The notes beneath the pieces are model-generated. The model was not told the origin of the DNA. It saw only the letters and a list, made by a program, of their open reading frames with translations, and did not search any database. Made by a program: the position numbers and the translations under genes. Positions 31,008 through 49,616 of a stretch of DNA of 64,000 nt are shown one piece after another (the first letter of the stretch is position 1; each line of letters opens with the position of its first letter). The stretch is taken from NCBI RefSeq assembly GCF_009914755.1, contig NC_060931.1. One strand, written 5' to 3'. This DNA is from the human T2T-CHM13v2.0 reference genome, Homo sapiens.

Positions 31008-31657
31008 TGAAAAGTGAAGCCACCTGGACTTCCTGGGTCAAGTGGGGACTGGGACAACTTTTCTATCTAGCAAGAGGATTGTAAAATGCACCAATCAGCA
31101 CTCTGTAAAATGCACCAATCAGCACTCTGTAAAATGCACCAATCAGCACTCTGTAAAATGCACCAATCAGTGCTCTGTAAAATGCACCAATCAGCGCTCT
31201 GTAAAATGCACCAATCAGTGCTCTGTAAAATGCACCAATCAGTGCTCTGTAAAATGCACCAATCAGCGCTCTGTAAAATGCACCAATCAGTGCTCTGTAA
31301 AATGCACCAATCAGCAGGATTCTAAAAGTAGTCAATCGCAGAGAGGATTGAAAAAAGGGCACTCTGATAGGACAGAAATGGAACATGGGCGGGGCCAATA
31401 AGGGAATAAAAGCTGGCTGCCACCAACCACCCCACTGCACCCCCCCCACCTCTAGCCAGCAGTGGCAACGTGTTCGGGTCCTCGTCTATGCTGTGAAAGC
31501 TTTATCCTTTCCCTCTTCACAATAAACCTTGCTACTGTTCACTTTTTGGGTCCGTGCCATCTTTAAGAGCTGTTAACACTCACCGCGAAGGTCCCTGGCT
31601 CCATTATCGAAGTCAGGGAGACAACGAACCCACCAGCAGGAACCACCTCCGGACACA
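31008..31657 (+). mobile_element. ERV9 LTR12-family (LTR12F-like) solo LTR
   Basis: TGAAAAGTGAAGCCACCTGGACTTCCTGGGTC...CTCCGGACACA; 4-bp TSD CTAT on both sides; internal CCAAT repeat array. Confidence 0.9.
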
Positions 31658-31848
31658 CTATGTCCCTGCATCCCCGAAGCTCCCGCTACTCCCTGGAATA
31701 TTCTTTGAAAAGGGTCCCTGTGTCCTTTTTTGCCAGCAACAGAAACTCTAAAAACAGCCACCATTATAGCAATCAATTACCAAACTCTTCTGCTGAGGCC
31801 AGGCAGAAAGCAAAGCACAACGGACCTTACCAGGAGGCCCCGCCGCTC

Positions 31849-32290
31849 CTGTCCAGCCCCTGCCCACTCACTCAGGTGCTCATCACCCCCAGGAGGCTCC
31901 ACTGCTCCTGTCCAGCCTCTACCCAGTCTCTCAGGTGTCCATCACTTCCAGGAGGCTTTGCGCTCCTGTCCAGCCCCTGCCCACTCACTCAGGTGCTCAT
32001 CACCCCCAGGAGGGCCCCCCTCCCTGCCCAGCTTCCCCCTACTCACTCAGGTGCTCATCACCCCCAGGAGGCCCCACTGCTCCTGTCCAGCCTCTACCCA
32101 CTCTCTCAGGTGTCCATCACCTCCAGGAGGCTTTGCGCTCCTGTCCAGCCCCTCCCCAATCACTCAGGTGCTCATCACCCCCCGGAGGGTCCCCCCCTCT
32201 GTCCAGGCCATCCCCGCTCTCTCAGGTGGTTGTTGCCCCCGGGGAGGGGCCCTGCTCCTCATCCAGCCCCTCCCACTCACTCAGGTGGTC
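31849..32290. repeat. ~59-bp degenerate minisatellite, ~7-8 copies
   Basis: Unit ctcctgtccagcccctgcccactcactcaggtgctcatcacccccaggagg with alternating variants. Confidence 0.85.
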
Positions 32291-33179
32291 ATCTAGGGGC
32301 GAGGTAGACAAAGCCCAGGTACCGACGGCCTTTCCGTCCTCTCTGGTCCCTCTTGGCTGGAGTTCAGGCAGCTAGGTGGCTGGATTCTGTGTTAGGGTGT
32401 AGGACAGTGCTAGCCCGGGGTGGCGGGTGCCAGGTCCCTGACATTCCGGGTCTGAGCAGCTGGCAGGAGACTGGGGCAGGAGCCAGCAGTAGCTGCCCTC
32501 ACCCACAGCACCAGGCTGGCCTGCGTGGGAATCAGAACCCACTGCCTGGTGCTCACAGAGAAGGAGTTTACTCTTCCCCCACCCCCAAAACTGAATGGAT
32601 TTAATTAGCAGTTTGGGGTTCTCCCCTGTCACGGCTTTGGTCTAAGCTGATGAGGAAACCACAGACTCTCCCACTTTTGTACCCTTTCTTTGATGGGCAA
32701 GCGGACGCAGGCGCTGGAAGCCACGTGGCCTGAACCCGGCTCCTCTTGGGGCCTCCCGTGCAGGCCAAACTCCTTTTCTCTGATTGTTATATTATCCCAG
32801 AGAGGGCAGAATGGAGCTGGCCGAAAGCTTTTGAACATTGAGTCACGAGTGCAACGCAATGGAGGACTGCGGATATGAAATCTGACAGAGCTGCTGCCGC
32901 TGGCCATGCGGCGCCCAAGGGTGGGTGGGGTGTACTCTGTGGCTGTCCGTCATCAGCAGGAGACAGCTGCCCTCTGCCAGGTTGCCGGGGCCGAATTCTC
33001 CCTGGCTTCGGATGGCATGGTCCAGGTAGCTGGGGGTGGAAGATTCCGTCCCCTGGATCCACACAGTCACAGCGCACTGTTGCCCACTGCATGGCAGCCT
33101 TGAGGCCGCCATCTCCTCTATCCTTGGCTCTCACACATGGGGCTCAATCCTGTCTCTTCTCTTTTTTTTGTTTTTTTGA

Positions 33180-33458
<279 letters not shown>

Positions 33459-34309
33459 TAAACCCCGTCTCTTCTCTAAGGACACATAGGCCCCAGTGTG
33501 CCTCCTGCTTCCCCTCCTCCTGCCACATCAGTAGCCATCCACTCTGCACGTCTCGGCGCCTCCCAGAAGCTTGCTCAGAGCACATTAGAAACGCCCGTGA
33601 TGGAAATCCATTCCTGTTAGGTTTAAGCAGGAAAGAGGATGGCAGGTGCCAGGGTGGCTAAGTGGGCACATAACCCAGCGACACAGACTCGCAAACGTGA
33701 CCAGACCCTAGAACCAGGGGAAGAGTGTGCCGTGAAGACAGGCACAAACAAGGCAAATGAGTAATTATGTGGCTGCAGCTTCCGCAGCAGAGCTCGATAA
33801 GCAGCGCTAAGCTTCCCCAGCCCCATCCATCCAGGGCCAGGAACCCGGCGGGGAGATGGGCCCGACGTGCCACATCCACACAAGCATTAAAATTGAGTCC
33901 CACAGGCACAGGACCCCATCCCTTCCCATTTTCCCTGACAGTCTCCTTCAGGGTAAAGGTATAGAACACAGTTAAGGTTTCTTACCTCCTTCCCCGCAAT
34001 AATAATTGGCAGTTACTCAGCTCTCTGGGGTGTCGTAAGTAAGGGGCGCACGGGGAGACCAGGCTGCTATCATTAGGAAGTACTGATTTTAGCTGGACTG
34101 GACGCGTGTCAGCCAGGAGATGCAGTGAATAGAGTGAGGTGAGAGCACCCCCACTCCACACACCGATTTATTTTTTTTAATTTAAATTAATTTTTTTTTT
34201 TTGAAACAGTCTTGCTCTGTCACCCAGGCTGAAGGGCAGTGGCACAATCTCGGCTCACTGTAACCTCCGCCTCCCGGGTTCAAGTGATTCTCCTGCCTCA
34301 GCCTCCTGA

Positions 34310-34510
<201 letters not shown>

Positions 34511-35237
34511 TAGGTCTAATGTCCAAGCCCCGCCTCTGGAGTCAAGTCCCCGCTCCCACCTCACTTCCAGGCCCCTGACAAAAGAGCCACGCCACCCGCC
34601 ACCGCCCGTGGGCTGTGTGTGTTCTTACCGTGGGCCACTGTTCTTCCTACACAGAGGAGTGGACGGCCAGATGCGTGGCCTGAGGCTCTGGCCCGGAGAT
34701 TTCTGTCCACAGTGTCTTTCAGGGCCACCTCTGAGTGGGCCTGTAACGTGGCAACAATCCACTTTCAGTGGGTGCTCAGTACTGAGCCAACCCACTTGCG
34801 AACCAAGGGCGGCTCTGTTCTTCCTCCGTCTGCTGGTCACCAAGTTCCCCTCCCATGACCGCAGGTGGGAACGGGCAGAAGGTACTGGCGTGGCAGTGGA
34901 GGGTGGTGTCCCCCCCGCACTCGGACCTGCTTGGGCCTGTCCCATGGACCCTTCCACTCGGAGCCCTGCGGCTGGGCTGCCTGGCCTGTGACTTGTTGGA
35001 TCTGACGGGGTCCAGCTCAGAAGGGAAGCTCTTGCCACATAGTTGCTTCATGCCCCCTGGCCAGATAGTGCCCTGTTCCGTCTCCGCCAGGGCCAGACGG
35101 TTCCCTGCTGCAGGGGACATGGGGCAGGGGACACCTGGCCTTGCTGTGGAGCCTTGGGAATACAGTGTGTTCTCTGGTCGGGCTGTCATGAATTCCACAC
35201 ACGTCTTTTCCCACCCCAGCTACCCCTAGTGCCATGA

Positions 35238-35462
<225 letters not shown>

Positions 35463-36993
35463 TGATCTCCGTACTGACAGGGATGGGAAAAGGCCCTTTC
35501 CAGCTCAGCGGCCAACGTCGCATCCCTGAGGCCGTGTGCCTGCTCCGGGGAAGACGCCGTGCCTGTAGCCGTTTCGGGCTTTGACTTGGTGAGGTCTGCA
35601 CCATCCTCGGTCGTATTTCATGACTGGTCTTGCTTTTTTGCAGGGGCCAGAATAATTATTTAAACGGGCATGGGATGGGGACCTCTGGATCTTTACAGCT
35701 GGCTCAAAGCCCTGCCCGTCTCCCAGGAACACATCATTGCTTTGATTTCTTATCTTGCAAGGGGAGCCGGGGCAGCAGGGGCTGCAGTTTCAGAGGCTTC
35801 TGCGTGGCCGTGTCCGCCAGGACAGCTTCCGGGACACCGAGAAACCCATGTGGGCGTTTTCCAGGTACCACGCGCGCCCTCCAGTGGTGGTTGCGGGAAT
35901 GACGGCTGGTGGGGACCAGAAGACCCACTGGGCACCATGAGCGTTTCCTCCCTAAGTATTAACGGCAGCGTAGACCCCCGTCCAGCCGTCCCTGAAGTGT
36001 CCGGCATCTCCTTCGAGGGAGGCTGTAGGGTCCTCTCGTGCAAGGCCCAGGCGCATCGTGACAGCTTGCACGCGCTGTGGTTCGGGGAGGTCTTCCTGCA
36101 GGCACTGAGTCACAGGTCAAAGGCTGGCTCAGGTCAGGAAGCCAAGCAAAGCACCTAGACGTTGCCTTGGAGTGGCTTCCCGCCGCCCTCTGGTATCCAT
36201 TGTTGACTTCTCTTGGTTCGATCTTTAAGTAATATTCTTGTTGGCTGTCTGTCTGTCCCCTAGGAATACCACGTTTTATGAACCATCTTCATAGCCGTCT
36301 GCAGCTCCCGCTTCCCCGTCACCACTCAGCCTGCTGCCCTCGCAAGGATTCCACCCACCTGGCTTCTGATGAGTCAGCACTGCCACCTGACCCCAATTAT
36401 TCTGGGGTCCCATGATTTTCATTGCTACTAGGGAAACCTTTCTAGAACCACGTCTTGTATCGTCTGCTCTGGCTTACAGAGGACAGACACTCCTGAGCCC
36501 CTTGACAGCACCGGTGCCCCCGTCCAGCCCATTCCTTGTTGATACCAGGTTGCATTCCCCTGGGCCCTCCTGTGCAACGTGGTTGGCTGGCGTTTTGGTT
36601 TTATTGTGTTTTCCCGCTGTATGTGGTATCTCCCTGTTAACTGCCCACTTCTCGGAGCCTTCTTTTTTTAAATTTTTTTTTTATGGTAGAGACAGGATCT
36701 TGCTCTGTTGCCCAGGCTGGAGTGCAGTGGCATCATTACAGCTCGTCACACCGAGGAACCCATGTGGGCGTTTTCCAGTTACCACGCGCGCCCTCCAGCG
36801 GTGTTTGCGGGAATGACGGCTGGTCGGGACCAGAAGACCTACCGGGCACGAGGAAGCTTTCCTCCCTGAGCATCAACCGCAGCCTAGACGCCCGTCCAGC
36901 CGTCCCTGAAGTGTCCAGCATCCCTTTCCAGCTTTATGTGGTATCTCCCTGTTAGATGCCCACTTCCTGGAGCCTTCTTTTTTAAAATTTTAA

Positions 36994-37509
<516 letters not shown>

Positions 37510-37634
37510 TAGTAGAGATGGGGTTTCACCATATTGGCCAGACTGGTCTCGAACTCCCAACCTCATGTGATCCACCTGCCTTGGTCTAACAAAGTGCTGG
37601 GGTTACAGGTGTGAGCCACTGCACCCGGCCTCAT

Positions 37635-39040
<1,406 letters not shown>

Positions 39041-39470
39041 TAAAAGCCTTAAAAATGGTTTCCCTGCACCTGCTAGGGGTTATCAGAATGTAATCCACAA
39101 CCACTGGTGATGGGTGCTGGTGGCCAGCCTTGATACTGGCTGGCAGGGGCCCGGCTCTAAGCCTCCCCTGCAGAGTGTACTTGCTGGGACCGCTCCTGGC
39201 ACTGACTGCTGTAGGTTGGGTTCCCTGGAAACAGACTCAGACGGATCATCGCGTGCAGGGGCCTACTGAGGGGTGCATTCGAGGACAGCACCTGGAAGGC
39301 CCTGCAGGAAGCTGGGGGGCAGAGGGTGAAGCTGAAATGCAATCCAGTGGGCCGGGCATGGTAGCTCACACCTGTAATCCCAGCACTTTGGGAGGCCAAG
39401 GTGGACAGATCACCTGAGGTCAGCAGTTCGAGATCAGCCTAGCCAACATGGCAAAACCCCGTCTGTACTA

Positions 39471-39701
<231 letters not shown>

Positions 39702-41399
39702 TCACCATAGTCCCAAATTGAGGCCAAGGGGCTGGGCATCGTCCCTGCATCTCGTAATGATTCCGTGAGACCCTGGGTGCGGAGGCCCCTTTGGCGGAGG
39801 GAAGTTCCCTTGCAGAGACAGGCAGCTAGGGGAATAAGCACCTCCGTTTTGCAGGGCTCTGGATGGTGGACTCCAGCACCCACTACCCGCTTCAGATCTC
39901 AGCCGAATCTCACTCATCAGAGAAGCTGTCTGCGTTGACAGATGCGGCTCGAGGTTAAGTGGTCCACCCGGGCCGCCTCACGGTTGGGAGGCCTTTTAAG
40001 CCAACCTCAAAATCTGGAGGCCTGTCTCACCGTGCAGGGTGCTGATAATGGAGAATTTAAAATTTAATCTATATGTTAAGATACTGTTGGTTTCTTGCCT
40101 AACGAGAGAGTGAGACGGGGAGAGAACACTCCGAGTTACCTGAAGGGCTTTCTGTGGCTAAGCTGGTCTCCGGACCCCCGCGAGCCAGAATCCCTTCCTG
40201 CCTGGTGCTCTAGCCAGAGGCGGTCATATTGTCAACAATCACATTTTCAGGAAAAGATTTGAATTCCTTAATCAAGCAAGGACAAAGGCTAAGAGACGAA
40301 CGGTCAATATTAATAGAAGCAAGGATTAGAAATTAGTTGGTGGCTTAACTGATATTTTTAGAATCCACTAGAAAGGGATAAGGAATCTAAAAACAGGAGC
40401 GTGGTAAATGCTACATAATTCAGCACCGGATCACGGTTAGCTTAATGTCCTTTGTAAAGAAACGATTACAAATTATGTGGGAGGACTTAGCTGTAAAACT
40501 GCTGGAAAAGCAGAATTTGATCAGAGACAGGCAGCCTAGATTTATGAGAAGAAACAGGCCCGTGCGTCGCGTTGGAGATTTTAAAAGATATTATATTTAT
40601 GACAGACAATGAGGGTGCTTTGTGTGGCCTACATCTGTGAAGAATTTGCTAATACCGGACTTAGAGATTTATTCTGAAGGTAAGTAGTGGGAACAGAGGT
40701 AAGAAGAAATCCCGCACCTCCAAAGCCCCACGTCTCCTTCAGGCAGGTGCCCTTTGAACGACACTGGAGGCAAAGCGAGAACGGTCCGTGGGTCGTCTCC
40801 CGTGCCGTCCACTCAGCCCAGCACGGCGGGGGGCCTGGTCACGGATTCCTATGCGTGTGAGTGGTGGATTAATCTCGTTTCACCAACACCTGGTCACACA
40901 GGAAGCCGGGGCAGTGAGGAACGGCTCCGACATGATGTCGAAATGACCCTCCTCACCCTTTCTTTTCAGTGGAGACAGCAGGGATTTCTGTGTCTTGTAG
41001 AGTCCTTGAGGAAGCCGTAGGCCACGGAAGTGTCTGGTCTCAGGCGGTCCTTTGAGAGGCAGCTGGTGAACGTCCCCCAAGGAGACAGAGCCTCTGGGGA
41101 CAACAGGGGCTTTCATCTGGGAGCAGTGAGGACCCCCGAGGGGGCGTGGCAGGGAGGGGGCAGGACTGCTCAACTGGGCGGCTCCACGGGGCTGTGGGGC
41201 CTGGAGGCAGGCAGGCAGGGCAGGGCCCGCAGGAAAGCGGTATGGGGGCCCGAGGCTTACAGAGCCAGTGCTCAGCGGTTCCCGGAGCAACTCAGGGCCC
41301 AGCAGGCGGAACTGAAGGGAGCCACGATCAGGAAGAGGCAGGAACGTCCCCTCCCACCACCCCATCAGGCCTCAAACTGGGAGTCCCCGCTAGAGCAAA

Positions 41400-42240
<841 letters not shown>

Positions 42241-42497
42241 TCAAAAACAAACAAACAAACAAACAAACACTCTCTAAAAAATAAATTAAATAAATGAATA
42301 AGTATTTTCTGAATGAGTGAATGCATTTGGCTAAAAACAGAAGCCATGCTCGGAATATTTGGAGGGTTCAGAGTTTGAGACCTGTCTCCTATTGAGCCTG
42401 GGCAAGTTTGCTTAGGGCAGGAAATGAACCCCTTTCCTACTTGCATGGGGAACACAATGGTAAGACCGGGCTTGGAGGGAGGGTGGCGTCCATTTAG

Positions 42498-43232
<735 letters not shown>

Positions 43233-43294
43233 CAAGAGGCAGGCAAGACACCTGTTCCAGCAGTGGACGCCGCCCTGGAGGGATGAGAACCTGA

Positions 43295-43937
<643 letters not shown>

Positions 43938-46447
43938 TGATCCACCCGCCTCGGCCTCCCAAAGTGCTGGGATTACAGGCGTAAGCCACCGTGCCCAGAC
44001 TAATTTTTTCTATTTTTAGTAGACACGGGCTTTTGCCATGTTGGCCAGGCTGGTCTCGAACTCCTGACCTCAGGTGACCCACCTGCCTTGCCCTCCCAAA
44101 GTGCTGGGATGACAGGCGTGAGCCGCCGCACCCGGCCTCGGGTTCTGTGAGGTTCATCTGTGTGGCCATGTGCAGCAGTTTTCCTTGCTTCCTTATCGTG
44201 TAGTATTCCATGATGAGTGCATTTCACACCCACCCGTTCTGTGATGGGCATCTGGGCTGCTTCCTTGGTTTTTTGGTTTGTCTTTTATTTTTTCCCCTAG
44301 AGACAAGGTCTCACTCTGTCACCCAGGCTGGAGTGCAGTGGTGCAATCATAGCTCACTGCAGTCTCGACCTCCTGGGCTCAAGCGATCCTCCCACCTCAG
44401 CCTGCTGAGTAGCTGGGACCACAGGTGCCCACCACCATGCCTGGCTAACAACTTCGGGAGGCCAAGGCAGGTGGATCACCTGAGGTCAGGAGTTTGAGAC
44501 CAGCCTGGCCAACATGGCAAACCCCATCTCTACTAAAAATACAAAAATTAGCCAGGTGGGGTGGCGGGCACCTGCAGCTACTCTCAGGAGGCTGAGGCAG
44601 GAGAACTGCCTGAACCCAGGAGGCAGAGGTTGTAGTGAGCCAAGATCATGCCACTTTGCTCTCCAGCCTGGGTGACAGAGCGAGACTCCGTCTCAAAAAA
44701 AAAAAAAAATTATTTTTTTGCAGCAATGGAGTCTCACTATATTGCCCAGTCTGGCGGATGCTTCCATTTTTTGACTGTTATGAATATCATGCTCTGACCA
44801 GCGCTGTTTCTGGGTGGCCACAGGCACCCCCTTCTGTTGGGCACCTGCCCAGGCGTGGAACTGGAGTCTGACATTCACGTGTTCCTGGTTCAGCAACATG
44901 CACTGAGAATGTGCCACACACGCGGCCAGCCCTGTCCCAGGGACAGAGCTGGGAACTTCTTTTCCAGCTGCCATTGAAATGGCTGGTGAGGACTGTGGCC
45001 TCAGGAGTCACCGCCTCGCTGTGCACCTCTCCCCTGCCTCGGTCTCCCGACCTGCCATGCCCTGAAAGGATGGCGCCTCTCAGCGTGGCGACGCGGACCG
45101 AGCTGTCTCCATGGTCATGCTGTGGCCCCGACACCCACGGCCCCTCCGTGGACTTTCCCTGCCGCCTTTTCCGTCCACCCTCCCCCTCCGTGGAGGACTT
45201 TCCTTGCCGCCTTTTCTGTCCACCCTCAGCCCCCAGCAGGGAAGACTGGCTGAGCACTGGGTGTCCACAGGCTGTATGTGGACAGGGTCTACAGGGCCCC
45301 CGCCAGGTGCAGCAGAGGCAGTTAGATTGTCAGTCCCGGGGTCCATAGTGGTCCGAGCCAGGCAGCAGGATCTGAGGAGAAGCTTCAGGCAGACGGGGGC
45401 AGGCACAAGCTGATGTTATCATTGCAACGGGGAAACCGAGTGAAGAGCTGCTGGGGAGGTCAGAGGCCCCCAGGAGTGCCGGTCTCGACCCAGCACCTGC
45501 TCCCCACGGGGGCCCTGCAGCCAATCGCCCTACCCGAGCCCCCCGCCTTGCCATGGAAAGTGTTTAATGAACGAGGCCAGGCATAGTGGCTCATGCCTGT
45601 AATCCCAGCTGCTTGGGAGGCCGAGGTGGGCGGATCACCTGAGGTCAGGGGTTCGAGACGAGCCTGGGCAACATGGCAAAACCCCATCTCTACTAAAAAC
45701 GGAAAAATTAGCTGGGCATGGTGGTGTGCGCCTGTAGTCCCAGCTACTTGGGAGACTGAGGTGGGAGGATCCCATGAACTCAGGAGGTCAAAGCTGCAGT
45801 GAGCTATGATTAAAACCTGAGCTCCAGTCTGGGTGACAGAGCGAGACCTGTCTGGAAAAAAACAAAACAAAACAGAAAAGAAAGTGTTGAGTGAAAACGT
45901 CTTCAGGTGCCTTTCACCTTGAGAGAGGGCACGAGGCTGAGGGCGCCTTCCCGTCCTCCGAAGCCTCCATCCCTCCCCTGGCATTTTGCCTTTCACACTG
46001 TAATTTCTTTCTTGAGAATCAGCCGACCGAAATTAAGTCTCCCAAATTCCTGAGTAAGCCGAAAAGCTATTTTTCTTGCAAATCTTAGATGAACATAATT
46101 TAATATAAGGCATAAACTAATGCAATAAAGACCATATATTACAGCAGTGGCACAATTAAAAAGCAAAAGCCGACGGAAGAGACTGACAGACAGCGTGTTA
46201 ACCACAGGGAAAATAAAATAGAAATAAGAGGTAGGTTATATTCTGTGCATAAATAACTTTAAAGAGGAACAATAAATGACTTCTATAACTTTTAATATAT
46301 GTGTTGGAGATTATTTAATTGCAGTGAAGTAAGAAGTGATAAATTGAGCTGAAATTTTACATGATCGGGATTAAGTTAGTTCCTGGCCAGGCACAGTGGC
46401 TCACGCCTGTCATCCCAGCACTTTGGGAGGCTGAGGCGGGAGGATCA

Positions 46448-46699
<252 letters not shown>

Positions 46700-47758
46700 T
46701 TAAGTTAGTTCCTTAAAAAAGAGACAAGCAAGTAGAATTTTTAGGCACATTTGAGACTCTGGAGATATGCGAGAATGTGTTTTTGTTTGAGTGCCGCAGA
46801 CCCCAGCAGGGCGAATCCCCCTTCATCTGAAAAGTGCACGTGGTCTTTAAAACTGTTCTTGTCTTTTGAAATCTCTTCAGGTGGAATCTGTTTAGCAAGA
46901 AGGAGGAAGGGATGTTGACACACACAACGTGGGTTAATCTACAGAGAATTGTGCTGGATGAGAAGAAGTCAGTCCCAGAGGCTGTGACCCACATGGTTTC
47001 ATGCCTACGATATTCCTGAAATGACAGCTGTGTAGAAATATAGGTTACGGGCAGCGCGGGGGCTTACGTGTGTAATCCCAGCACTTTGGGAGGCCGAGGC
47101 GGGTGGATCACGAGGTCAGGAGTTCGAGACCAGCCTGGCCAACATGGTAAAATCCTGTCTCTACTAAAAACACAAAGAAATTAGCCAGGCGTGGTGGTGG
47201 GCACCTGTAATCCCACCTACTTGGGAAGCTGAAGCAGGAGAATCACTTGAATCTGAGAGGCGGAGGTCACAGTGAGCCAAGATCTCGTCGCTACTGGACT
47301 CCAGCCTGGGTGACAGAGTGAGATTCCATCCCCCTGCACCAAAAAAAGAAGTCTGTCTCTATCTTCTCTTTTTGTTTTTTTGTTTGTTTTTTGTTTTTTG
47401 TTTTGAGACAGAGTTTCACTCTGTCACCCAGGCTGGAGTGCAGTGGCACAATCTTGGCTTACAGCAAACTCCGCCCCCTCGGTTCAAGCAATTCTCTGCT
47501 TCAGCCTCCTGAGTAGCTCGGATTACAGGCGTGTGCCACCACACGTGGCTAATTTTTGTATTTTTAGTAGAGATGAGGTTTCACCATCTTGGCCAGGCTG
47601 GTCTTGAACTCCTGATCTCATGATCCACCTGCCTCAGCCTCCCAAAGTGCTGGGATTACAGGTGTGAGCCACCGCGCCCGGCCTCTATCTTCTCTTTTGA
47701 GAAGTTTTGAATTTGAATTATTGAGTCTTTGAGTCTGTTTTTGTTTTTGTTTTTCTAG

Positions 47759-47911
<153 letters not shown>

Positions 47912-48215
47912 TAAATTTTTTGTAGAGTGGGGGCGGTGGGGGGGGGTCTCTATGTTTCCCAGGCTGGTCTTGAACTCCTGGCTCAAGGGATCCTTCTGTA
48001 TTGGCCTCACAAAGTGCGGGGGTTACAGGCATGAGCACTGCTCCTGGCCTGCCCAGGCTTCTGGGAGTGCCAGAGGCACCTTTTTTCTCTGGCAAAAACT
48101 CTAGCTTACTTCTCTTTGACCAAAAAGAAAGAAGCAGGCATCTCACCACATTCTGTACATTAAGATGATTAATCTACCATGACTTTTTAGTCTAAAATGA
48201 TGGCATTGCTTCCCA

Positions 48216-48252
48216 TAAACCTAACCCTAACCCTAACCCTAAACCTAACCCT
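48216..48252. repeat. Short interstitial telomere-like (CCCTAA)n
   Basis: taaacctaaccctaaccctaaccctaaacctaaccct. Confidence 0.85.
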
Positions 48253-48340
48253 CCTCCTGCCAAGGCAGGAGAGTTGCCTGAGCCCAGGAGTTTAAGACTG
48301 GCCTGGGCAACATAGGAAGACTCCATCTCTACAAATAATA

Positions 48341-48850
48341 GGAAGAAGAAGAAGAAGAAGAAGGAGAAGGGGAAGAAGGAGAAGGGGAAGAGGAAGAGGA
48401 AGAAGAAGAGGAAGAGGAAGAAGAGGAAGAGGAGGAAGAGGAAGAGGAGGAAGAGGAAGAGGAGGAAGAGGAAGAGGAAGAAGAGGAAGAGGAAGAAGAG
48501 GAAGAGGAAGAAGAGGAAGAGGAGGAAGAGGAAGAGGAAGAAGAGGAAGAGGAGGAATAGGAAGAGGAAGAAGAGGAAGAGGAAGAAGAGGAAGAGAAAG
48601 AGGAAGAAGAGGAAGAGGAAGAAGAGGAGGAGGAAGAAGAGGAAGAGGAGGAAGAGAAAGAGGAAGAGGAAGAAGAGGAAGAGGAGGAGGAGGAAGAGGA
48701 AGAGGAGGAAGAGGAAGAGAAGGAAGAGGAAGAGGAGGAAGAGGAAGAAGAGGAAAAGGAAGAAGAGGAAGAGGAGGAGGAGGAAGAGGAGGAGGAAGAG
48801 AAGGAGGAAGAAGAGGAGGAGGAGGAGGAAGAGGAAGAAGAAGAAGAAGG
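48341..48850. repeat. ~510-bp polypurine (GAA/GAG) tract
   Basis: Almost only A/G on + strand (one T near 48558). Confidence 0.97.
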
Positions 48851-49616
48851 CGGGCAAGGCCTCCTTAGTCTGTGACCCCACCTCCTCCACTGTCCGTGGC
48901 GCACCTGGCTAGACGGGCTGTCCACTATGGGCAGCTCTTTAACGCTGAGGTTTGGGGACCCAGGGGATCCTGTAACAAAGTAAGAAAATGGTCTCAGCCA
49001 GGTGCAGTGGCTCATGTCTGTAATCTCAGCACTTTGGGAGGCCAAGGTGAGAGGATCGCTTGAGGCCAGGAGTTCAAGATCAGCCTGGGCAACATGGAGA
49101 GACTGCCAAATACACAAAAAATACAAAAATATTAGTTGGGCATGATGGCATATCCCTGTGGTCCCAGTTCTCCAGGAGGCTGAGGCTGGAGGATTGCTTG
49201 AGCATGGGGAGGTTGAGGCTGCAGTGAGCTGAGCTGACACCACTGCACTGCAGCCTGGGTGACAAGTGAGACGCTGTCTCCAGAAACAGAATAAAAATAA
49301 GAAGAAAGTAGTCTCAGGGGAAGGAGACTAAATTAACGATGGGATGTGCTTGATGTAAGGATTTTCTCTCTACAGCTTTGTCAGACCCTGGGTACCCAGG
49401 ACTGCTACCTGCTGCCAGGGAGGGCGCCCGGTTGCTTAGCTGTCCAGCACCAGCTGAGCTTTGCCATGACCCTGCACGTTGGATTTACTAAATAGACTTA
49501 TGAAATGTATTTCTGTCTAGCGAAAATGGGGTTTCTTGAAATATTATATTTTTTAGAGTGAATTTTTAGGTGCAGAGAACTATATGCAAATTGCCCCTGG
49601 GGAAGTTTATTGATGA

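Noticed and set aside
31042-31449. Repetitive ORFs (KCTNQHSV / MHQSALCK)
   Set aside because: Translations of the 24-bp LTR12 repeat
48192-49243. Poly-Ser and poly-Phe/Leu ORFs
   Set aside because: Translations of the polypurine tract plus Alu sequence
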